Source of the DNA: Bacillota bacterium
GTDB taxonomy: Bacteria; Bacillota_I; Bacilli_A; RF39; UBA660
Direction of reading: 5' to 3'
DNA: 64,000 bases
NCBI GenBank assembly: GCA_021771185.1
Contig: JAETPN010000001.1
Coordinates: forward strand, 4,366 to 68,365
Below the pieces are notes generated by a model. It was given only the letters and a program-made list of their open reading frames with translations. It did not search any database and was not told the origin of the DNA. Below, one piece after another: positions 10,313 through 18,422 of the stretch. Both the position numbers and the translations under genes were made by a program. Each line of letters opens with the position of its first letter. Within the stretch, counting starts at the first letter, position 1.

Positions 10313-11059
10313 TTAATCCTCCTTCAAAAAATGTTTAAGAACACTTACGGTTTGTCCTAAACGTTCCAAATAAGCATAATGTGTACATCCATCATACTCA
10401 ACAACACCTGCATTTGGAATTAAGCTTTCAAGTTCATAAGCACGTTCAAGTGGGACAGCTTCATCCATTGTACCCCAAACAAGTAATGTTGGAGCTGTAA
10501 TCTTTTTAACGTCTTCAGTAATATCCAAGTTGACATGACCAACTAAAATTTCACGCATAATTGGACTTGCATTACGATAGTCTGTAGAACCTATATGTTT
10601 TTTAGCCCAACCTTCTAGTTTATTTAATCCTGGAACTTTCTTTAAACTTTTTAAAAGTTTTGTTTTTAAAGACAACTTTTGAATTTCTTTTTTAAATGGC
10701 GCTCCAAATAAAATTAGTTTTTCTACTTCATATTTTGATGCATAAATTAAACTTATCTTACCACCAAAAGAATGTCCAACTAAAATTGGTTTTTTTACTT
10801 TTAATTTTTTTAATAAACTATGAACAATTTCAACATAATCATGAAGTGTTAATACTGTTTCTGGTATTTCACTTTCTCCATGTCCTGGTAAATCAATAAT
10901 TGTAATATGATGTTCTTTAGAAAGTGGATCACCTAATGGTTTCATCATTAGAGTATTTTGACCCCAACCATGAAGTAATACAATTTCCTTTCCAGAATGA
11001 TTTCCATATTGTTCATAATGAATCTTTATACCATTTACCTCTTTTATCACATAAATCAC
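10313..11059 (-). CDS. alpha/beta hydrolase fold protein (HGWG...GHSFGG nucleophile elbow)
   Basis: VLLHGWGQN together with the GHSFGG serine motif. The start is apparently a GTG at 11059, only 7 nt downstream of a TGgTATAAT extended -10 (see findings). The gene is in an operon with murF-ddl. Confidence 0.65.
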   Translation of the reverse strand: MIYVIKEVNGIKIHYEQYGNHSGKEIVLLHGWGQNTLMMKPLGDPLSKEHHITIIDLPGHGESEIPETVLTLHDYVEIVHSLLKKLKVKKPILVGHSFGGKISLIYASKYEVEKLILFGAPFKKEIQKLSLKTKLLKSLKKVPGLNKLEGWAKKHIGSTDYRNASPIMREILVGHVNLDITEDVKKITAPTLLVWGTMDEAVPLERAYELESLIPNAGVVEYDGCTHYAYLERLGQTVSVLKHFLKED

Positions 11060-11213
11060 CGTTATTATTATACCACGTTTCTTATTATTTGATAAACTGG
11101 GAACGAAAAAAAGAAAATAATTTACATTATTTTCTTATGTTGACGCCCTTTATCTATCTTACTTTTTCCTATATTTATAAATTTTCAACAAAAAGTGATT
11201 AAATCATCAAAAT

Positions 11214-11513
11214 TTAATCACTAATTCTTACGTTTACTCCGTCAATATTTTTGTATACTCTTTTTGCATTTTTATTAACTTTATATTCGATTTGTTCTGC
11301 TAAATCAAAACCAAGCATTTCTGACAATCCCATTAGATAAATTGCTACATCAGCAAGTTCTTCCCCTAAATCATCTTTCTTTTTTCTCCATGCTTCATGC
11401 GCTTCAGCAACTTCACCATAAAGAAGACAAAACTCCTGATTTACATCAGTTGTATTAAATCCCTTATTTAATTTATTTTGCCAGATTTGTTTTTGAATTT
11501 CCTTTAATTCCAT
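11214..11513 (-). CDS. MazG-like nucleotide pyrophosphohydrolase (small all-alpha NTP-PPase)
   Basis: 99 aa. The EVAEAHEAWRK...ELADVAIYLMGLSEMLG pattern is typical of the MazG/HisE-like fold. An AAGGAGGA RBS is present. The gene has its own TTGAAT-17-TATAAT promoter at about 11540-11570. Confidence 0.6.
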   Translation of the reverse strand: MELKEIQKQIWQNKLNKGFNTTDVNQEFCLLYGEVAEAHEAWRKKKDDLGEELADVAIYLMGLSEMLGFDLAEQIEYKVNKNAKRVYKNIDGVNVRISD

Positions 11514-11687
11514 TTTCCCTATCCTCCTTAAACTGATTATAATATTTAATCATTTCATTAACATTATACGACATTAATTTATTTAATTCAATTTCTAATA
11601 AAAGTTAATTATTTATAATTGTAAATACAAGAACTTTTTTTATCATGATTTTATCCATTTTTGTTTAAAAAAAGAAAATAATTCGCA

Positions 11688-11957
11688 TTATTTTCCTTGT
11701 ACTTTATTAACAAAACGACGAACAAGTGTTTTTGGTTTTGTTTTATCATCATTTTTTTCTGGTCTAACAAATGTTTCATCTAAAAGTCTTGATTCATGTA
11801 ATATCTTAGGTTCATCACCTTTACAATATTTTGCCATGATAGCCGCTTCTTTTGGAGGTAACTTAATTCGTTTATTCCCCATACGCACATTCATTACTTT
11901 TTTTGGATCAAGAAATGATCCCTCTTGGGTTATTCTTTTTATATGTTTTTGATCCAT
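11688..11957 (-). CDS. small basic hypothetical protein (89 aa), translationally coupled (TAATG) to floA
   Basis: Its ATG overlaps the stop codon of the upstream SPFH gene. No recognisable domain. It is positionally analogous to B. subtilis yqfB downstream of floA. Confidence 0.4.
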   Translation of the reverse strand: MDQKHIKRITQEGSFLDPKKVMNVRMGNKRIKLPPKEAAIMAKYCKGDEPKILHESRLLDETFVRPEKNDDKTKPKTLVRRFVNKVQGK

Positions 11958-12844
11958 TATTTTTTGTCACTCATCATTTCTTTGATGGTTGTTCCTAATG
12001 TAGCAACATTTTGTAAATCAGATGGAACAATAATTTTTGTAGCTTCACCATTTGCCATATCTTTAATTGCTTCAAAGCTTTTTAAGGTTAAAACACTTTG
12101 ATCTGCTTTTGCTTCTTTTAAAAGTTTAATTCCATCTGCTTCCGCTTGTTTTAATTTAAGAAGAGCTTCAGCTTCACCTTCAGCAATACGAATTTTACTT
12201 TCTTTATTCGCTTCTGCACGTAAAATCGCACTTTCTTTTTCACCTTCTGCAATTAAAATACTTGATTTCTTTTCACCCTCAGCTTGAAGAATTTTTTCAC
12301 GACGTTCACGTTCTGCACGCATTTGTTTTTCCATCGCTTCTTGAATATCCCTTGGTGGTAAAATATTTTTAACTTCTACACGGTTTACCTTAATTCCCCA
12401 TGGATCCGTTGCTTCATCTAGAATAGAACGCATTTTTGTGTTAATAATATCACGACTTGTTAGCGTTTGATCTAATTCTAATTCTCCAATAATATTACGA
12501 AGTGTTGTTGCGGTTAATGTTTCAATTGCCGCAATTGGATACTCTACCCCATATGTATAAAGTTTAGGATCTGTAATTTGAAAATAAACAACCGTATCAA
12601 TTTGCATTGTTACATTATCTTTTGTAATTACTGGTTGTGGTTCGAAATCTTTGACAATCTCTTTTAATGATACACGATTAGAAATACGATCAAGAAATGG
12701 AATTTTAATATGTAATCCATTCTTCCATGTCTCATGATAAGATCCAATACGTTCTACAACATACGCTTTCGCTTGTGGTACTACCTTAATATTTGGTAAT
12801 ACTAATACAGCTACTAAAATTAATAAAATAATAAATACATCCAT
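11957..12844 (-). CDS. floA: SPFH/band-7 flotillin-like protein (FloA/YqfA-like)
   Basis: It has an N-terminal TM helix, an SPFH domain (VVPQAKAYVVERIGSY...), and C-terminal EA-rich heptad repeats (AEGEKESAILRAEANKE...). It is preceded by an NfeD gene, as in the floA operon. Confidence 0.8.
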   Translation of the reverse strand: MDVFIILLILVAVLVLPNIKVVPQAKAYVVERIGSYHETWKNGLHIKIPFLDRISNRVSLKEIVKDFEPQPVITKDNVTMQIDTVVYFQITDPKLYTYGVEYPIAAIETLTATTLRNIIGELELDQTLTSRDIINTKMRSILDEATDPWGIKVNRVEVKNILPPRDIQEAMEKQMRAERERREKILQAEGEKKSSILIAEGEKESAILRAEANKESKIRIAEGEAEALLKLKQAEADGIKLLKEAKADQSVLTLKSFEAIKDMANGEATKIIVPSDLQNVATLGTTIKEMMSDKK

Positions 12845-12845
12845 T

Positions 12846-13283
12846 TTACTTACCTACTTTCTCTACTCTTACTTTAACCCCTTCAATGGAAAGGATTTTT
12901 ACTTCTGTATCGACTGGAATCATATGATCTGAAACAGCTGTCCATACTTTTCCGTCTACTTTTACTGCACCCGCATTTTTCTTGGTAATTTTTTCAATCA
13001 CATACCCCTGCATTCCAATAATACGATCTAAATTTGTCCGTTCATTTCGCTCATTAACTAAAGATTGTAACTTTTTCTTTGTTGTAACTAACAACAAAAT
13101 TCCGATAAGTACAAATACTCCTAATTGAATCATGAAATTATCGATAAAAAAGGATAAAATTAAGGAAAGAAGTCCACTCATCACAAACCAAATCGTTGTT
13201 AAGTTTACTGTCATTGCTTCTGCGATTCCTAAAAGAACGATAATTGCTAACCATAAATACGCCATACCATCACCCACTTTCAT
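12846..13283 (-). CDS. NfeD-family membrane protein (short form, OB-fold C-terminus)
   Basis: It has three N-terminal TM helices and a C-terminal beta-rich domain. It lies immediately upstream of the SPFH gene, 2 nt from it, which is the canonical NfeD-stomatin pairing. Confidence 0.7.
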   Translation of the reverse strand: MKVGDGMAYLWLAIIVLLGIAEAMTVNLTTIWFVMSGLLSLILSFFIDNFMIQLGVFVLIGILLLVTTKKKLQSLVNERNERTNLDRIIGMQGYVIEKITKKNAGAVKVDGKVWTAVSDHMIPVDTEVKILSIEGVKVRVEKVGK

Positions 13284-13313
13284 TATACTATTAAAGATTA
13301 TATTTTACAACAA

Positions 13314-13342
13314 AAAAACTGTTATTTTAAAACAGTTTTTTT
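13314..13342. terminator. bidirectional rho-independent terminator
   Basis: AAAAAACTGTTattttaaAACAGTTTTTTT. The stem overlaps the stop codon of the 13322..13789 gene. Confidence 0.65.
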
Positions 13343-13789
13343 CACGGAATAATGTTTCAAATTTTTTTCTATTTCTTCCTTCTGTGCTGAAACAATTATT
13401 TTAGAAATAGGTACACCATAAATTTCATACTCTCTTTTATCGTGAACAAATCCATAATAATTTAATAAAAACAGATATCTTTCTTGCATTAAAGAACAAT
13501 TTTCTTTAATACTTTTATTTTGATCTACTACATAATATTTTTGATCTACACGATCACGATATACTTGTGACAATTTTGGATAGATTCGAATAAACCTCAT
13601 CATTGGAAATCGTTCTGTTAAGTTCATTGTTGTAAGACCTAATTCATTTACATCTACTTCATAATAATTTTCTTCTGTTTCTACTTTCATTACAGGTTGT
13701 GTTTCTTCTTCCATCTTTGAAGGAAGCAAAAAAGTTATAGAAAAAAATAGAACACTTATACTAAACAATGTTACGATTTTTTTCATCAT
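13322..13789 (-). CDS. hypothetical secreted protein with an N-terminal signal peptide
   Basis: MMKKIVTLFSISVLFFSITFLL is a signal-like N-terminus. No recognisable domain. Confidence 0.4.
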   Translation of the reverse strand: MMKKIVTLFSISVLFFSITFLLPSKMEEETQPVMKVETEENYYEVDVNELGLTTMNLTERFPMMRFIRIYPKLSQVYRDRVDQKYYVVDQNKSIKENCSLMQERYLFLLNYYGFVHDKREYEIYGVPISKIIVSAQKEEIEKNLKHYSVKKTVLK

Positions 13790-13832
13790 TCACCTCGTCA
13801 TTGTTAGTGTGTCCTATTTTTATAAATTTAAA

Positions 13833-16769
13833 CTATTTTGAACGTCCTTCTTTTAATTCTTGTTCAACCTGTGCTTCTGCTTCTCTAAGTTTATTTCCAG
13901 CAGCAATCATTTCATCTAAATTTGAACCTTGTGCATGTAAATAAGCACGAATTGCTTCTAGCTCTTCTTTACTTAATTCTTTTTGTTCTGATTCTTTTTC
14001 AGTATTCTTCTCTATTTCTGTAACCCTAATTGTTACTTCAGAATCTAACGTTTGAACTTCAGGTTCTTCTTTCGTAAGTACTGGCTCCTCAGAAATAGTC
14101 TTTCCATTTTCATCCATATAAACATCTAATTTATTTTGAGCATATTTATTAACAAATTTTGAAAAATCCGAATCAAATGTTTTTACACTATGAATATACT
14201 TTTTATCTTCATCACTAAAATCTTTAAAATCATTTTTTGCACCTTGTTTAATTGCAGTATGAAGTGCTAGATCATTTAAAAATTTTATATTTTGTTGATC
14301 TTGTTTGTTTTTATGTAGATTTGAACATGTTTGTTGTAAATTCTTATTTTCTTCTAAAATCAATTGTTCTATTTCTTCTAATGAAGAATTTTGATAACCA
14401 TCAATTTGTTCTTCAATAATTTTTATATCAGCATCTACATCTTTTTCTTCATTTTCCGCAATCATTTCCTCGAATAACGCTTTAGCATCTTTAGAAATTG
14501 CACGAATTTCTTCTGATGGATGTTTTTCTTTAGATTTATAGGTAGCTACTAAAGAAACTAACTCTAAAAGATCTACTTTTTGATCATTTAAAAGTTCTTT
14601 GTTTTCTTTTTCTAACAGATCAAGTTGTTCACTAAGTTTTTGAGATTCCTTAATTAATTCTACATCTTCTTTTGTCTGTAAATCTTCCTTCATCTGTTCT
14701 ACTTCAGCATCAAAGTTTTTGGCATGTTTATATTTTAAACCCTCTACTGCATGTTCTGGTAATTTAATTGGTTTTGCATCTGTTTCTTTACTCTCCTCTA
14801 ACTTAGGAGTATTTCCATGAACTAAATATTTTTCATATTTCTCGCTCATTTCTTCTAAATCATGTTTCCATGCTTCTAATACATCTTTTCCCTTTTCTAC
14901 TTCTATTTGATCTTTTTCAGATAAATCAAAGTATTGACCATAAGTTTCTGTATAAGCATAGGCCTTTTGATAATCATTATATGAATCTACTAAAGTATTA
15001 TATTTCTTCATTTCTTTTCTCTTTTTAGAGAAAATATTAAAGGCTACAATCGTTGGTATTTTTAGTTTGCGGAATTTTGTTGCGTCCAACTGTTGTTTTT
15101 TTGTTGCAGCTTCTTGTAAAAAGGCTTGATATTTTGGATTTTCCACATCAATGACATCAATCGTTGTATCAATTGTTGAAACAATATCCTCTTCTACTTT
15201 TGATGGTACTTTAGAAGAATCCTCTTTTTCATCTTTGATAGGTTCTTTTTCCTTTGCCTTAGCTAGTGGAGCTAATTGTTCATAAGCTTCTACTATCGTA
15301 TCATAAACATTCTTTAGATCTTCATTCATTAAAACATTTTCATTCGTTTTATCAATATTTAATCCAAGATTTTCAATATTCGTTAAGAATACATCATAAA
15401 ATCTATCTGGGGTAAGCGTCCATGTCTGAAGAATTGATAGTAACTCTTCGGTAGGAAAATCTATATATCTTTCCTTGATATGATCTAAATTTTCATCTTG
15501 TACATTTTTTCTATGATCTTCAAAAATAAACTCTAACTCTTTTAAAACACGTTGATTAACATCATTTCTTGATTTTAATAATTCTAAGATCCCTAACATT
15601 TCAAAATCTGCATTGTGGATTCTTCGTTCCATATCTTTATAATATGTATTTATTAATTCTGCCTTATCAATATCAGTTCGTATATCCATCAAATTCATTT
15701 TATGATCGTCATCTAAATTTATATTGAATTCTGCTAGCATTTGTTCTAACATATTTTCATTATAAAATTCTGTCAAGAAAAGATAACTATCATTTAAATT
15801 TTTTAAGTTATAATCAAATACAACAAATCCGATTCCTTTATTTGCTAAAGCATCAAGGTTATTAAGATCTTTCTTTAAATAATTAGCAGCTTGTTGTAAT
15901 CTTGTTAAAACCATCTTTCTTCCATTTGTTAAATCATGGTTAAGGTCTTCTAATGAAAGATTTGCAACCCCTAAGATCGCAGCTCTTTCTTGTTCACTAT
16001 AAGTCTCAAGATGAATACAGTTACTTTCAAGCGTTTTTAAACTAGTAATAAACGCTAAAAGTTCTTGATTGCTTCCATCATCTTTTCTAAATGTTTCTAA
16101 AGATAATCTAAAGTCTTGATATACATCATCTAATACGTTTGCTGTTACTTTTTGTTCTTCTGTTAAAGTAACTTCTTTTTCTTGAGCGATTTCATCCATC
16201 GCTTCTTTTAACATATCAATATAATTTATTTCTTGTAAAGCTTCCACTTCTGCTAGTGATTTTACATATTGTTTTAAAATATCAAAGAAAGCTTGTTTTT
16301 TTGCCTCAATAACTTCTAAAGATACGTTCTCAGTTCCTAAAACCATTTCTTGAACACGACCACTTTCCCAAACCATATCTAAATCACTTTGAGAAATTTG
16401 TCCTTGCATTCTAAGGTCAGATGTCATCTTTAAACATAACGTGTGATCAATTCCATAATATGCTTCTAAACCACCAATTTGGGTTGGTTCCCTATCTTCG
16501 GTAGGAGAGATTTCTTCCTCTGTGATCATTTCTTCTTTTTCTTGTTGTTTTTGTGGAACTTCTAACTCACGAAGTTGTTGATCTAATTGAGCTACAAGGC
16601 GATGATCTCCACGACAAATAGGCATAAGTCGAATAAAAATGTTTCGATCATTTTGTAGATCTTCCACAATCTTATCAATTTCATCTGGACGCACATAACT
16701 TACTGCATTTTTAATGATCTCTTCTACTTGTCCTTTAAAATTTTCCATTTCTTGATTCATAAGTTTCAC
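13833..16769 (-). CDS. large acidic coiled-coil protein (978 aa), hypothetical. The N-terminal domain is paralogous to the 17114..18262 product.
   Basis: E/K/D-rich with long predicted helices. Residues about 105-150 (YYGIDHTLCLKMTSDLRMQG...DMVWESG) align with residues 22-65 of the 382-aa protein. It overlaps the DUF1292 gene by 4 nt. Confidence 0.5.
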   Translation of the reverse strand: MKLMNQEMENFKGQVEEIIKNAVSYVRPDEIDKIVEDLQNDRNIFIRLMPICRGDHRLVAQLDQQLRELEVPQKQQEKEEMITEEEISPTEDREPTQIGGLEAYYGIDHTLCLKMTSDLRMQGQISQSDLDMVWESGRVQEMVLGTENVSLEVIEAKKQAFFDILKQYVKSLAEVEALQEINYIDMLKEAMDEIAQEKEVTLTEEQKVTANVLDDVYQDFRLSLETFRKDDGSNQELLAFITSLKTLESNCIHLETYSEQERAAILGVANLSLEDLNHDLTNGRKMVLTRLQQAANYLKKDLNNLDALANKGIGFVVFDYNLKNLNDSYLFLTEFYNENMLEQMLAEFNINLDDDHKMNLMDIRTDIDKAELINTYYKDMERRIHNADFEMLGILELLKSRNDVNQRVLKELEFIFEDHRKNVQDENLDHIKERYIDFPTEELLSILQTWTLTPDRFYDVFLTNIENLGLNIDKTNENVLMNEDLKNVYDTIVEAYEQLAPLAKAKEKEPIKDEKEDSSKVPSKVEEDIVSTIDTTIDVIDVENPKYQAFLQEAATKKQQLDATKFRKLKIPTIVAFNIFSKKRKEMKKYNTLVDSYNDYQKAYAYTETYGQYFDLSEKDQIEVEKGKDVLEAWKHDLEEMSEKYEKYLVHGNTPKLEESKETDAKPIKLPEHAVEGLKYKHAKNFDAEVEQMKEDLQTKEDVELIKESQKLSEQLDLLEKENKELLNDQKVDLLELVSLVATYKSKEKHPSEEIRAISKDAKALFEEMIAENEEKDVDADIKIIEEQIDGYQNSSLEEIEQLILEENKNLQQTCSNLHKNKQDQQNIKFLNDLALHTAIKQGAKNDFKDFSDEDKKYIHSVKTFDSDFSKFVNKYAQNKLDVYMDENGKTISEEPVLTKEEPEVQTLDSEVTIRVTEIEKNTEKESEQKELSKEELEAIRAYLHAQGSNLDEMIAAGNKLREAEAQVEQELKEGRSK

Positions 16770-17056
16770 TCCTTATTTTCTTTAATCACACTGCGCATAA
16801 CATCTTTTATTTTTGTCCATTCTTCATCTGATTCTACATTTTCTAAATGATATCCTTCTTCATCTTTTATAACCATAGAAGTATAAACCGTTACCAATCC
16901 TCTTTCATCTTTTTCATTAAATGTATAAATTATATAATCTTTACCATTTTCTTTTAATGTGAAGTATAAAAGGACTTCAGCATCCGCAACGGTTCCATCT
17001 TCTTTTGTTACACGAATTGTTTCTTGTTCTTTCATAATATCCTCCTTATTATTCAT
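16766..17056 (-). CDS. DUF1292-family small acidic protein (YrzB/UPF0473-like)
   Basis: 96 aa. The pattern ETIRVTKEDGTVADAEVLLYFTLKENGKDYIIY...ENVESDEEWTKIKDVM matches the DUF1292 consensus. Family assignment is from memory of the consensus. Confidence 0.55.
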   Translation of the reverse strand: MNNKEDIMKEQETIRVTKEDGTVADAEVLLYFTLKENGKDYIIYTFNEKDERGLVTVYTSMVIKDEEGYHLENVESDEEWTKIKDVMRSVIKENKE

Positions 17057-17113
17057 TATAATTAATTATAACATAGGCCAAAAAAAAACACAATCAATTG
17101 ACTGTATTTTCTC

Positions 17114-18262
17114 TTATTTCATACATACTTTACAAAAAATTTGATATTCTCGTTCAGGATATTTTATTTTTCTACTTTTCGCTGTTGTTCCTGTAAAATT
17201 TGTTGTACCAACATGATGTCTACGATATAAATTATTTTCTTCTGGACGAAGTTCATGATATAAAAGATATGCTTTTTCTAGTAATTTGGGCTGATTCATT
17301 AATTTTGAAATCTCAATCATTTCAAAAACGTGCTCTTTATGTGTTTGTAAATACCCACGTTCAACTTTCGCAAGTTCAATATCAAACACATGATTTAAGA
17401 AAGAACTTACACGTCCAACAAAATTTTTTTCTAAAGTAAATGGCGTTGTTGGATTTGAAATAATACGTTGAAAGTAATCACTACGATTTGATCGCTTAAA
17501 AAATTCTACCAATTCTTGATAAATTTTATGATATAGATCTTGGTCTTCATCGGTCATTTTGTTCCACTCATAATGTTTAAATCGACAAATCATTTCTAAT
17601 AATTCACTACAATAAGCAAATCTTCCATTATCAACAACAAAGAAAGGCTCTTCTACATATTCTAAATTATTAAAATAAGTTTTATATAATTCTTTATTTT
17701 GTTTTAAGACATCCATACCAAAAACTTCAATATATTCTTTAAAACGATCACTAAGTTCATACTCTAAACGATTTCTTTTACTAATCCATTCATCATAATC
17801 TGGATACTTCATAATATCTAAAAAACGTTTTGAAGTCATAAATTGTTGAAATCCTGTTAAAGACTGAAATAATAAATTTTGGGTAAATAATTCCCCATTT
17901 TTTTCAGATAATTGTTGTAACACTTTACGTTTATGATAAAGTGTTTCATTAATATCATCACGTAATGAAACTAGCGTTTCTGTTAAGGTTACACCATTTT
18001 CCAAATAAGCATAAATACGTGTCTTAAATAACTCTTGTGCTTCTTTTAATTCACTTGTGGTAGGTGTTGCATCTTTACTAATTAATGCACTTCTTAATGA
18101 ATCGCTACCATGCCAAATATAATTTAGTGTTTCTTCTTCTAGAAAACCAAATTTCAAATCATGATCCATCTTCATTGCTAGGGTATGATCAATATGATAT
18201 GTTTGACAAAATTCCCTTAATTCTTCTAATTTTAGTTCATTAATCTTTTTCATGTTTGGCAC
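17114..18262 (-). CDS. hypothetical protein (382 aa) sharing the YxIDHTLxxKMxxDL(K/R)xG...IW N-terminal domain with the 978-aa protein
   Basis: An AGGAGGG RBS precedes the ATG at 18262. A -10 TATAAT lies about 30 nt upstream. It is the first gene of a three-gene minus-strand operon. Confidence 0.5.
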   Translation of the reverse strand: MPNMKKINELKLEELREFCQTYHIDHTLAMKMDHDLKFGFLEEETLNYIWHGSDSLRSALISKDATPTTSELKEAQELFKTRIYAYLENGVTLTETLVSLRDDINETLYHKRKVLQQLSEKNGELFTQNLLFQSLTGFQQFMTSKRFLDIMKYPDYDEWISKRNRLEYELSDRFKEYIEVFGMDVLKQNKELYKTYFNNLEYVEEPFFVVDNGRFAYCSELLEMICRFKHYEWNKMTDEDQDLYHKIYQELVEFFKRSNRSDYFQRIISNPTTPFTLEKNFVGRVSSFLNHVFDIELAKVERGYLQTHKEHVFEMIEISKLMNQPKLLEKAYLLYHELRPEENNLYRRHHVGTTNFTGTTAKSRKIKYPEREYQIFCKVCMK

Positions 18263-18355
18263 CCTCCTGTTTGTTATTACTATTATAATACAAATAATAA
18301 TGAAATGAAATATTTTTATTAAAAAAAGAACATTTTGTTTTAAAAAGAAAAAAAC

Positions 18356-18373
18356 GAGAGCTTTTACACTCTC
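18356..18373 (-). terminator. rho-independent terminator downstream of the Fic/Doc-like gene
   Basis: On the minus strand: GAGAGtgtaaaagCTCTC followed by GTTTTTTTC. Confidence 0.45.
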
Positions 18374-18422
18374 AAAAATGAAATTTCTTGTAACCTATCA
18401 CTTGATAATCAACACATTAAAC

